Source: a bacterium (GTDB taxonomy: Bacteria; Patescibacteriota; Patescibacteriia; UBA1558; S5-K13). From it: a DNA stretch of 16,699 bases. A program made the position numbers and the translations under genes. The notes under the pieces are model-generated. The model saw only the letters and a program-made list of their open reading frames with translations. It made no database searches and was not told the DNA's origin. Positions 1 through 8,302 of the stretch are shown piece after piece. Numbering within the stretch: the first letter of the stretch is position 1; every line of letters starts with the position of its first letter. The DNA lies in assembly GCA_029555085.1 (NCBI GenBank), contig JAKPTO010000005.1, positions 1-16,699 on the forward strand, in the 5' to 3' direction.

Positions 1-15
1 CTAAACCTTTTAACC

Positions 16-38
16 AGTGGCTTTATTTTAAAGCCACT
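16..38. other. Perfect 10-bp hairpin spanning the stop codon of the 23..622 gene
   Basis: AGTGGCTTTA-TTT-TAAAGCCACT. No U-tract follows on the minus strand, so a terminator role is uncertain. Confidence 0.4.
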
Positions 39-622
39 ATTATCTCCAGCCACCCAGTTTTTGAGTGGGGAGATTCTGTATCCATCCCTATATATGTAGA
101 TACAGAGTATCTCCCAACTCTGTAATCCACACTGGGGCCTAGGTAAATCGAGTGTTCCTTATTTGCCACTCTCCACTCCGAAAGAACTTTCACGGTATAC
201 GACCCTATTCTATAACCAATGAAGTCACTTCCGGAGATAGATTTTTCCGATTTTGACGACACGGACGGAGCTGTTCTTGTAAATAGACTCCAATTGTCCA
301 GACTTCCTATGACGAGAATTTGTCCTGTATACGAAGATACAGGAAACTTATCTTCCTTGAGGTTCAAGGTCATATCAGCTTCAGTGGTAGTACTGATACT
401 GACTCTACCCAACTTGAACCCAAGTGATGGACCTGCTCCGAGGATTAACAATCCCCGAGAACTATAAATTCCCTGCCAGGTAACTTTCGGAGCTTTGTGC
501 TGGTATGTTATGGAATAATCCCCAGCAAAACCCTGTTTGAGCTTAATACAGTCAGTGGTTTGGGCGGTGAGTGATATAGAAGTAATCATCACGAGGGCCA
601 CAGCAATAATTATTTTTTTCAT
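23..622 (-). CDS. Secreted hypothetical protein, beta-strand rich (possible beta-barrel)
   Basis: 199-aa ORF with a classic signal peptide (MKKIIIAVALVMITSISLTA|QT) and many alternating amphipathic strands (IYLGPSVDYRVG, YSVSTYIGMD, GWLEIIVALK). SD GGAGG lies 5 nt before the ATG. GC is about 42-50% in hand-counted lines. Confidence 0.8.
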   Translation of the reverse strand: MKKIIIAVALVMITSISLTAQTTDCIKLKQGFAGDYSITYQHKAPKVTWQGIYSSRGLLILGAGPSLGFKLGRVSISTTTEADMTLNLKEDKFPVSSYTGQILVIGSLDNWSLFTRTAPSVSSKSEKSISGSDFIGYRIGSYTVKVLSEWRVANKEHSIYLGPSVDYRVGRYSVSTYIGMDTESPHSKTGWLEIIVALK

Positions 623-683
623 TTTATCCTCCCAGATAATTTTTTAGTTTTTTTAATGTGCTTTCTTTTATCTTTAATATTTA

Positions 684-712
684 AATGTATCATAGATATT
701 GTATATTGTCAA
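684..712 (-). promoter_or_regulatory. Sigma70 promoter for the 23..622 gene
   Basis: Minus strand TTGACA (712-707), 17 nt, TACATT (689-684), with an extended -10 TG. Confidence 0.7.
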
Positions 713-718
713 CTATAT

Positions 719-747
719 TTGACTACAATAATTTGATATGATATAAT
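719..747 (+). promoter_or_regulatory. Sigma70 promoter for the TrmB gene
   Basis: TTGACT (719-724), 17 nt, TATAAT (742-747), with TGn extension. Confidence 0.8.
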
Positions 748-809
748 GCTTATATAAAGCATAAAATATGATTATTGACTAACAATTTTGACAATAATCC
801 AATGAACGC

Positions 810-1571
810 ATGGAACAAGAATTACTAAAATTAGGGTTTTCTACAAATCAAGCAAGAGTTTATTTGGCTCTTTTAGAGCTTGGTCAAAGCCGTGTTGGGC
901 CAATAATTGCAAAATCAAAGCTTCCAAGACAGACAGTTTATAACACCCTTTCAGAGTTAGAGGAAAAAGAGCTTATTTTTTCAGTTATTAAATCAGGGAG
1001 AAAGAATTTTCAGACAAAAGATCCACAACAATTATTAGAAAATATAAGAACACAGGAAGAAATAGTTGAAAAAATTCTTCCGCAACTTATTTCAAAAAGA
1101 GATACTTCCAAAAATATTTCCGATATAAAAGTTTATGAAGGCCTTGATGGATTTAAAACAGTTCATATGACAAATATAAGGAATACGAAAAAAAACTCTA
1201 CTGTTTATTTTATTTCAGCAGGAAGTCAGAAGTGGGTTGATTTTGCAAAACAATCTGGAATGTTATATAAATATGAAAAAATTAGATTAGGAAAAAATAT
1301 AACCCAAAAATTGGTTGTTTATGAGAGTCAAAGAAAAATATTAGAGAATTTTACAAATACAGATTTTAGAGATCAATTGCCATCACAAAGAAGACAATAT
1401 AGATTTTTACAAGATAATTTTAATTCTCCCATGTCTATACAAATTTGGCAAGATAGAATTGATTTAGTAATTTTTTCAAATTCGCCAATTATCTTTGAAA
1501 TAAAAAATATTGAAATTGTTAAGAGCTTTGAAAAATATTTTAATTTTTTGTGGTCAATTGCAAAAGAGTAA
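810..1571 (+). CDS. TrmB-family transcriptional regulator
   Basis: N-terminal wHTH LKLGFSTNQARVYLALL...LPRQTVYNTLSELEEKELI, then the DP..LL linker, a VYEG..G motif and a PLD-like effector domain (SPMSIQIWQDRI...SFEKYFNFLW). Confidence 0.9.
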   Translation: MEQELLKLGFSTNQARVYLALLELGQSRVGPIIAKSKLPRQTVYNTLSELEEKELIFSVIKSGRKNFQTKDPQQLLENIRTQEEIVEKILPQLISKRDTSKNISDIKVYEGLDGFKTVHMTNIRNTKKNSTVYFISAGSQKWVDFAKQSGMLYKYEKIRLGKNITQKLVVYESQRKILENFTNTDFRDQLPSQRRQYRFLQDNFNSPMSIQIWQDRIDLVIFSNSPIIFEIKNIEIVKSFEKYFNFLWSIAKE

Positions 1572-1674
1572 ATTACCTGTTTGTTATTTTTTCATTTTCT
1601 AGTATAATTAATATGTCAGATTTATATCTTAATTTTTGATATAAATAAATATAAAAAACTAAAATAAAAAATAT

Positions 1675-2742
1675 ATGGAACCATTATACAGAGTGGTATT
1701 AAAAAAAGCTTGGCACATAGTTAAAAAAAATCCAGTATTATGGATATTTGGATTTTTTGCAATATTTTTATTAGACGGAGGTCCTCTACAAGTTTTTATG
1801 GATACTGTTGTCGCTATAAGTAATTTGCAGAGCCCAACAAGTACATTTGCTCTTAACCTAGAAACACTGGCTCTATTTTTTATAGCTCCAGCTGGTATCG
1901 GAGGTTTTATATTACAGATTTTAAGGTTAACAGTTGTTATTCTTGTAGCATTTTTATTATTGTGGATTATTATTGCATCTGAAATTTCTATTATTAAATC
2001 AACAATACAATTAGATAACAAAGAAAAACCTAAATTTATAAAATCTTTAATTGGCGCAAAACAAAACTTTTTTTCTGTATTGGGATTACATATTATCTCA
2101 AAAATAATTACATTTATTTTGATAGTGGGCATATGTTTACCGTTGCTAATATTTGTAGTCAATTCATCGATTAGTTATCGACTACCAATTGCATTTGTAG
2201 TTTGGGTTATATTTTTACCAATAGCTATTATAATTTCATTTATATTTAAATATGCAATTAACTTTGTTGTATTAAAGGGTGAAAAATTTTCTCAATCAAT
2301 TAAAGACGCCTGGATGGTTTTCAAAACAAATTGGATGATAAGTATTGAAATGTCTATTTGGATTTTAATCATTAATTTAGTTGTGGGTTTCTTACTTTTA
2401 CTGATAACGCAGATAGTTATAGTTCCATTTGATCTTGTAGCTCTTTCTATGGTTGGTGGCGGAGTTAGGGAAATTTTTTTCACCAAGATTTTGCCAATAT
2501 TTTTGCTATATGTTTTTGTTGGTTCTATTGTCACAGTATTTCAAATTTCAAGTTGGACTCTCCTTTTTGACAGAATCGTTTCTGGTAAAAGACACAGTAA
2601 ATTAGTTAGAGTAATTGCTTCGATGTCTAGTTTTATGAGCGCAAAAAATCAAATATCAACAATAGCAGATGTTAATAAAACAGCTATAGAAACGCCAAAA
2701 ATAGTTAAAAAAAGAAGAGCTGGAAGACCAAAAGTTAAATAA
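1675..2742 (+). CDS. Polytopic membrane protein of unknown function (GDPD membrane-domain-like)
   Basis: 355 aa with several long hydrophobic segments, repeated 'KKAWHIVKKN' / 'SIKDAWMVFKTN' helices and a basic tail KKRRAGRPKVK. Confidence 0.75.
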   Translation: MEPLYRVVLKKAWHIVKKNPVLWIFGFFAIFLLDGGPLQVFMDTVVAISNLQSPTSTFALNLETLALFFIAPAGIGGFILQILRLTVVILVAFLLLWIIIASEISIIKSTIQLDNKEKPKFIKSLIGAKQNFFSVLGLHIISKIITFILIVGICLPLLIFVVNSSISYRLPIAFVVWVIFLPIAIIISFIFKYAINFVVLKGEKFSQSIKDAWMVFKTNWMISIEMSIWILIINLVVGFLLLLITQIVIVPFDLVALSMVGGGVREIFFTKILPIFLLYVFVGSIVTVFQISSWTLLFDRIVSGKRHSKLVRVIASMSSFMSAKNQISTIADVNKTAIETPKIVKKRRAGRPKVK

Positions 2743-2791
2743 TTTTTTAGATATTATTTATTAGTTTTTGGGAAAAAGTATTTTTATATAT

Positions 2792-2823
2792 AAAAAAGGA
2801 TAATAATAAAATTATCCTTTTTT
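2792..2823 (+). terminator. Intrinsic terminator-like hairpin
   Basis: AAAAAAGGATAAT-AATAAA-ATTATCCTTTTTT, downstream of the 1675..2742 gene. Confidence 0.65.
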
Positions 2824-2877
2824 AATTTGTCTGTTTTTATGATAAAATTATATTATTAGTATTTATGTGATAAAAAT

Positions 2878-4572
2878 ATGAACCAGAATATAAATGATTT
2901 ACTGGTTGATGAAAATCAATCAGAAGAATCGGGGAAATTAGAAGAAAAATTAATAGAAATTAAAAACAATGAATTAGAAGAAATAGTCAGGCAAAGGGCT
3001 TATTCTATAAATTTGCCATATGTTAATTTAAAAGGATTTCCAATTTCTCAAGAGGCGCTTTCTTTTATCGATGTAGAGAAGGCAAAAAGTTTAAGCGTGA
3101 TTTGTTTTGCTCTTTTAGACAAAGAGGCAAAAATTGCAACAACAGATCCAGACAATCCCCAGTTAAAAAAATTTCTTAAGGAAATAGAGGAGAATAATAA
3201 AAATGTAGAATTATTTTTATCATCAGAACTGAGTTTTTCACACGCTATAAAACTATATGAAAATCTTCCAAAATTTATTCCCATGAAAGGGGGAGTAAGT
3301 ATAACAAAAGAAGATTTAGAAAGATACAAGCAGGATGGACTTACATTTGATAAATTGGATTCTTTATTAAAGAAAGCAGACATATCTGAACTCATAGCGA
3401 TGCTTATTTCCGTGGCTATACAAGTAGATGCATCAGATATTCATATAGAAGCTCAGAGCGATGGTATAAAGATACGCTTAAGGATAGATGGCATATTACA
3501 TGTTGTTTCATCTCTAAAAATTGATATTTGGCCAAAAATAATTTCAAGAATAAAGTTATTTTCAGGACTAAAAATCAACATTACGACAAAGCCTCAAGAT
3601 GGAAGATTTACAATAAATTTAGAGAAAGATTTAATAGATGTGAGAGTTTCAACAGTTCCAACTAATTTTGGGGAAAGCGTTGTTATGAGATTATTGCGCT
3701 CATCAAGTGTTGGTTTGGATTTTGAAGAACTCGGTATAAAAGGTAAGTCATTTGTAGATATAAAAAAGCAAATTGAAAGACCAAATGGAATGATAATCAC
3801 AACCGGACCCACGGGAAGTGGTAAAACTACAACTCTTTATGCAATTTTAACTAAATTAAATTCCACGGAGAAAAAAATTATAACCCTAGAAGATCCAGTT
3901 GAATATAAATTGCCAGGAATAAATCAATCGCAGATTGATAAAAATGCAGATTATAGTTTTGCAACGGGACTTAAATCAATTTTAAGACAAGATCCAGACA
4001 TTGTTATGGTTGGTGAAATTAGAGATTTGGAGACAGCAGATATTTCTATAAACGCAGCACTGACAGGTCATTTGGTGATAACAACACTACACACAAATTC
4101 AGCGTCAGGAGCTATTCCCAGATTTTTAGCAATGGGGGTTAAACCATTTCTTTTGTCTCCAGCACTTAACGCAATAGTGGGTCAGCGTCTTGTAAGAAAA
4201 CTTTGTCCATATTGCAAAGAAGAAGAAAAATTAGATAATGATAAATTAACAACTGTTTTAAATATTTTAAATAAAATCCCAGCAAATTCTGGTTCAAGGT
4301 TAGATAAGGAAGAATTAGATAATTTGAAGTTTTATAAAAGTCGAGGATGTGATAAATGTTATGGATTGGGTTATAGAGGGCGAATAGGTATATATGAGAT
4401 ACTTTTGATGTCAAAAGATATTGAAGCAGCTATTTTTGATAACAAGGTTTCTGAATATATAATTCAGGAATTAGCTCAGAAAAATGGTATGGTAACTATG
4501 ATTCAAGATGGATTATTAAAAGCAAAAGATGGAATTACATCTATAGAGGAAGTGTTTAGCGTAACTGATTAA
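2878..4572 (+). CDS. pilB: GspE/PilB-family type II secretion / type IV pilus assembly ATPase
   Basis: ASDIHIE, RIDG, PQDGRF, Walker A GPTGSGKTT, Asp box TLEDPVE, Walker B RQDPDIVMVGEIRD, His box TTLHTN, Zn motif CPYC...CDKC, and GYRGR. PilB versus GspE cannot be resolved. Confidence 0.93.
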   Translation: MNQNINDLLVDENQSEESGKLEEKLIEIKNNELEEIVRQRAYSINLPYVNLKGFPISQEALSFIDVEKAKSLSVICFALLDKEAKIATTDPDNPQLKKFLKEIEENNKNVELFLSSELSFSHAIKLYENLPKFIPMKGGVSITKEDLERYKQDGLTFDKLDSLLKKADISELIAMLISVAIQVDASDIHIEAQSDGIKIRLRIDGILHVVSSLKIDIWPKIISRIKLFSGLKINITTKPQDGRFTINLEKDLIDVRVSTVPTNFGESVVMRLLRSSSVGLDFEELGIKGKSFVDIKKQIERPNGMIITTGPTGSGKTTTLYAILTKLNSTEKKIITLEDPVEYKLPGINQSQIDKNADYSFATGLKSILRQDPDIVMVGEIRDLETADISINAALTGHLVITTLHTNSASGAIPRFLAMGVKPFLLSPALNAIVGQRLVRKLCPYCKEEEKLDNDKLTTVLNILNKIPANSGSRLDKEELDNLKFYKSRGCDKCYGLGYRGRIGIYEILLMSKDIEAAIFDNKVSEYIIQELAQKNGMVTMIQDGLLKAKDGITSIEEVFSVTD

Positions 4573-4579
4573 TTTTTAT

Positions 4580-4608
4580 TTGACTTTATTAAATATATAT
4601 GATATAAT
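4580..4608 (+). promoter_or_regulatory. Sigma70 promoter for the 742-aa gene
   Basis: TTGACT (4580-4585), 17 nt, TATAAT (4603-4608), with TGn extension. Confidence 0.8.
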
Positions 4609-4638
4609 ATATTTATATCTATTATTAATTTTAAATAT

Positions 4639-6867
4639 ATGAAAATGGAAAATAGTTTTTTTGAAAAAGAAGAACAAAAAAAGAAGTCTTTTTTTGAAAA
4701 ATTTAAATCAAAAGTCGGAAGAGGTTTTAGGACTCTACTTATGGCGTCTATGTTATTTTCTCCACTAAGAGCAACTGAGGGAAAGATTATTAATATTGGG
4801 GATAAAGACAATAAATCAGACACTGAGCTTCCAGTTGATATGAATAATCATCAAGGGTCTGAATTTTTTGATGTAAAAGAAGGTGAAGTAGAGAAAGATA
4901 AAAATTTTGAAAAGATAAACTTATCTCCAACATTTATTCAGATAAATCCAGAAACAAATAAAAAGGAATTTAATTGGATGTCTCTAGTAGCACCTTTTGA
5001 TTTTACCATATCAACAGTTGAGAATAAAAATTATACCACTACTTTTACGGTTCCATATGAGTATGCAAGATTATTTAGTGAAGACCCAAAAGCAGAAAAA
5101 GAAACAAACTCAGAGGATTATAAATTACTAAGTGAACATATTAAGACAGAGTTACAAACAGAATTAAAAAATGCTTTTCATGGTTTTGGATTTAGTGAAA
5201 ATGTTTACAATGCAAATCACCCTGGTGAATTAGAAGATCAATCTATAAAAGTTGAATATATGAGAGTTGTAGGCATGACTTCCCCAGAGGGACATGTAGA
5301 TAAGGGAAAAGAGTCTATAATTCCCGGTAATGTAGATGAAGAAAATATAGAACTTGGTCATACAAGAGCCAGTGCTGCAGAAAGGATGACAATAGAAGAA
5401 TTAAACAAGTTGGGTGTAAATACGGATGAAATAGAATCATTTTTACGTGAGCAAGGATCGGTAGAGAATCAATTTTCAGGAGAAGAAATGGAAAGACTTG
5501 CAGAATTAGCACAAGATTACGAAGGTGTAGATGATATAGAAAAAATATTTAAATTATATCAAGATTATAATCAGGGGAAAATTCAGGATCAAAATGTTGT
5601 TAATGAACTAGACAGAATAATAGCTTCAAAAAGATGTGTTCAAATAGAAATAGGATTACAGGGTGAAAGAAGAATTATTGTTGCAGTTCCTGTATTCTTT
5701 ATGTTACTTTTACCACTAGCGTGGAGAAGAAGAAATTCAAAACCAGAAGTTGTTAAAAAAGAAGACTCAAAAGGGGGTCCTAAACCAGAGCCAGCTTTAG
5801 ATGGGCAGGATGGACAACAAGAAAAAATAGGAGAAGAGCCTGGATTAGAAAAAGATCCTAATATTTTAGATAATGTCCCAGAAAGAGTTATAAAAACAGA
5901 ATTACCAGAAAATCCAGAAGATTATAAATATATGGAATCTGAAACCATTGAAGATTTATATATTGGATTTGATAATCTAGATAATATAAAATTGGGCATA
6001 GATTATAGGGGTATTTTTAATGAATATTATGAGCATTATGATAAATTTAAAAATATTGGAGGTGATTTAGAGATAGCTATTGCATATGAAATTCTCATGA
6101 GCTGGAAAAAACATGATATAGCAAATAGAAAAATAGCTGGACTTTCTAACCCAGAAGAAGGTATGGACTATGAAAACAATGAAAGACAAATTCAGTGGTC
6201 TAAAATGCATGCAAGAAAATTTATTCAAATAATGGAAAGAATGAAAAAGAATGAGCTTATAAAAAATAAATCAGAATTAAAAGAGGAAGAAAGCTGGGAA
6301 CAAAAAGTCGATACTTTAAATGAAATACTCGATAAATTAGATGATAAACAGATTTTTGAAGAAAGAAAAAAACTCAACGAAGTAAATAATATGCCAAACA
6401 GAGGCAGGGAAGATAATAGGAATTTTATTATAGAGTTTTTAACAAAAACAGCTCCAAGTCTTTTAGAAACAACAAATACATATTTGATTAATAAATACAA
6501 GATAGGGGAATTACAAAAATCATCTACGGAGAAAAAAGAAGAAGACAGTAAAGATATTAATGATTTTAAAAAGCGTTTTTATGATAATTTTATAAATTTT
6601 AAATACAAAGACAATCTAGATATGGAAGAATTAATGAAGTATTTAGAGATTATACAAAACGCAGACAAACAGCTTTCCCTAATAGAAAGTGCTGGTTACG
6701 GTGTTAAACTTGAAGAAAAAATAGTTATAAATTTTAGAGCAACAATAAATAGATTTTTATCTGGTATAAATGAAAGAATAGAAGACTTAAAAGACCCTTT
6801 GTCTTATTTAACAGTTGAGTATAGAGGGGTACGAAATGAGAAAATGGAAAAATGGTTAAATGAGTAA
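4639..6867 (+). CDS. Large membrane-anchored hypothetical protein with a putative OmpA-like peptidoglycan-binding domain
   Basis: aa ~204-340 read VVGMTSPEG...NIELGHTRA...LGV...KRCVQIEI, matching the OmpA-like pattern. TM helix at aa 346-362 is followed by RRR, then a charged helical C-terminal half. The start may be the second Met (4645). Confidence 0.7.
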   Translation: MKMENSFFEKEEQKKKSFFEKFKSKVGRGFRTLLMASMLFSPLRATEGKIINIGDKDNKSDTELPVDMNNHQGSEFFDVKEGEVEKDKNFEKINLSPTFIQINPETNKKEFNWMSLVAPFDFTISTVENKNYTTTFTVPYEYARLFSEDPKAEKETNSEDYKLLSEHIKTELQTELKNAFHGFGFSENVYNANHPGELEDQSIKVEYMRVVGMTSPEGHVDKGKESIIPGNVDEENIELGHTRASAAERMTIEELNKLGVNTDEIESFLREQGSVENQFSGEEMERLAELAQDYEGVDDIEKIFKLYQDYNQGKIQDQNVVNELDRIIASKRCVQIEIGLQGERRIIVAVPVFFMLLLPLAWRRRNSKPEVVKKEDSKGGPKPEPALDGQDGQQEKIGEEPGLEKDPNILDNVPERVIKTELPENPEDYKYMESETIEDLYIGFDNLDNIKLGIDYRGIFNEYYEHYDKFKNIGGDLEIAIAYEILMSWKKHDIANRKIAGLSNPEEGMDYENNERQIQWSKMHARKFIQIMERMKKNELIKNKSELKEEESWEQKVDTLNEILDKLDDKQIFEERKKLNEVNNMPNRGREDNRNFIIEFLTKTAPSLLETTNTYLINKYKIGELQKSSTEKKEEDSKDINDFKKRFYDNFINFKYKDNLDMEELMKYLEIIQNADKQLSLIESAGYGVKLEEKIVINFRATINRFLSGINERIEDLKDPLSYLTVEYRGVRNEKMEKWLNE

Positions 6868-6876
6868 TAAATTTTA

Positions 6877-6910
6877 ATAAAAGGTCTCGTTTTTTAACGA
6901 GACTTTTTAT
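6877..6910 (+). terminator. Intrinsic terminator
   Basis: ATAAAAGGTCTCGTT-TTTT-AACGAGACTTTTTAT, just after the stop at 6867. Confidence 0.8.
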
Positions 6911-6918
6911 GTTATAAT
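6910..6918 (+). promoter_or_regulatory. Extended -10 promoter for the glycosyltransferase cluster
   Basis: TGTTATAAT about 45 nt upstream of the ATG at 6963. No clear -35. Confidence 0.55.
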
Positions 6919-6962
6919 AATACTATAAATATTTTCATTTTTTATTTTTAAGTATATGTAAT

Positions 6963-8300
6963 ATGATTCAAAACAAAAACAATACAAAAAACAAAGCATA
7001 TATTGTTGCTGTTGATATGGGTTACGGACACCAGAGAGCAGCGCAACCACTTTTATCTATAGCGGAAGGTGGAATTATAAATGCAAATAAATACAAAGGG
7101 ATAAGTAAAAAAGAACAAAAACAGTGGAGTGGCGGAAGATATTGGTATGAAATTATTTCGAGATTTAAAAATATAACTATCATTGGTAAATTAGCATTTT
7201 CTATAATGGATAGTTTTCAAAAAATTGAAAATTTTTATCCAAGAAGAGATTTGTCAAAAAATTCTTCTCAGCAAAAGTGGTTTTATAATCAGGTGAAGGG
7301 TGGATTAGGAAGAAGATTAATAGAGGAATTAAATCAAAACCCATTGCCATTTGTAACAACTTTTTTCGTTCCTGCTTATTTTGCAGAATATTGGGGATAT
7401 AAAAACGATATTTATTGTGTAGTTTGTGATGCCGATGTGGCTCGTGCTTGGGCGCCTTATAGACCAAAAGAAAGTAGAATAAAATATTTGGTTCCAAATA
7501 AACGTGTAAAAGAAAGATTAATGCTTTATGGAGTTAGAAAAGAATATATATACATAACTGGCTTTCCATTACCAAAAGAAAATATAGGCGGGGAATCTTT
7601 AAAAACAATAAAGGCGGATTTGAAAGCTAGATTATATAATTTAGATCCAAAAGGATCTTATAGAAAAAAATATTATAAATTAATAGAGAATTATGTTTGC
7701 CCAATTAAAGAAATAAAAAAGAACAAACATCCGCTTACAATTACTTTTGCTGTTGGTGGCGCTGGAGCTCAGAGAGAAATAGGGGCAATTATTTTACAGA
7801 AATTAAAAAAGAAAATCACAACAGGAAAATTAAGATTAAATTTAGTTGCTGGGAATAGAAACGATGTTTATTTGTTTTACAGAAAATTTTTAGAAAAAAA
7901 TAAATTAGAAAAAAGTAAAAATATTAATATAGTATATAGCACAAATAAATTTGGATATTTTAAAGATTTTAATCTTGTACTTAGAACAACAGATATATTA
8001 TGGACAAAGCCATCAGAGCTCACATTTTTTAGTGGTTTGGGTTTACCGATTATTATTTCAGATCCAGTTGGCTCTCAGGAGGATTATAATAGAGATTGGC
8101 TTACATATATTGGCGCGGGGGTTAATAGTTTAAATCCAGAATATGTAGATGAGTGGCTTTTTGACTGGTTGGAATCAGGTTGGTTAGCAGAGGCAGCTAT
8201 GAATGGATTTTTAAATGCTCCAAAATTAGGCGCTTACCACATTGAAGATATAGTATTAAAGAAAAAAATTGTTGAAGCAAACGAAATTCATTTAATGTAA
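6963..8300 (+). CDS. GT-B fold glycosyltransferase (MGDG synthase/UgtP/MurG-like)
   Basis: N-terminal AVDMGYGHQRAA, VVCDAD, ITGFPL, FAVGGAGA, and C-terminal DILWTKPSE...GLPIII..PVGSQEDYN, which resembles the GT28 TKPGG...PGQE.N motif. Confidence 0.8.
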   Translation: MIQNKNNTKNKAYIVAVDMGYGHQRAAQPLLSIAEGGIINANKYKGISKKEQKQWSGGRYWYEIISRFKNITIIGKLAFSIMDSFQKIENFYPRRDLSKNSSQQKWFYNQVKGGLGRRLIEELNQNPLPFVTTFFVPAYFAEYWGYKNDIYCVVCDADVARAWAPYRPKESRIKYLVPNKRVKERLMLYGVRKEYIYITGFPLPKENIGGESLKTIKADLKARLYNLDPKGSYRKKYYKLIENYVCPIKEIKKNKHPLTITFAVGGAGAQREIGAIILQKLKKKITTGKLRLNLVAGNRNDVYLFYRKFLEKNKLEKSKNINIVYSTNKFGYFKDFNLVLRTTDILWTKPSELTFFSGLGLPIIISDPVGSQEDYNRDWLTYIGAGVNSLNPEYVDEWLFDWLESGWLAEAAMNGFLNAPKLGAYHIEDIVLKKKIVEANEIHLM

Positions 8301-8302
8301 TT

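Noticed and set aside
219-467. 82-aa plus-strand ORF
   Set aside because: Antisense shadow of the 23..622 gene, which has the signal peptide, SD and promoter.
1659-2534. Minus-strand ORFs 1659..2162 and 2292..2534
   Set aside because: Antisense shadows of the membrane-protein gene, with no motifs.
3048-6500. Short minus-strand ORFs within pilB and the 742-aa gene
   Set aside because: They overlap well-supported genes on the other strand and have no recognisable domains.
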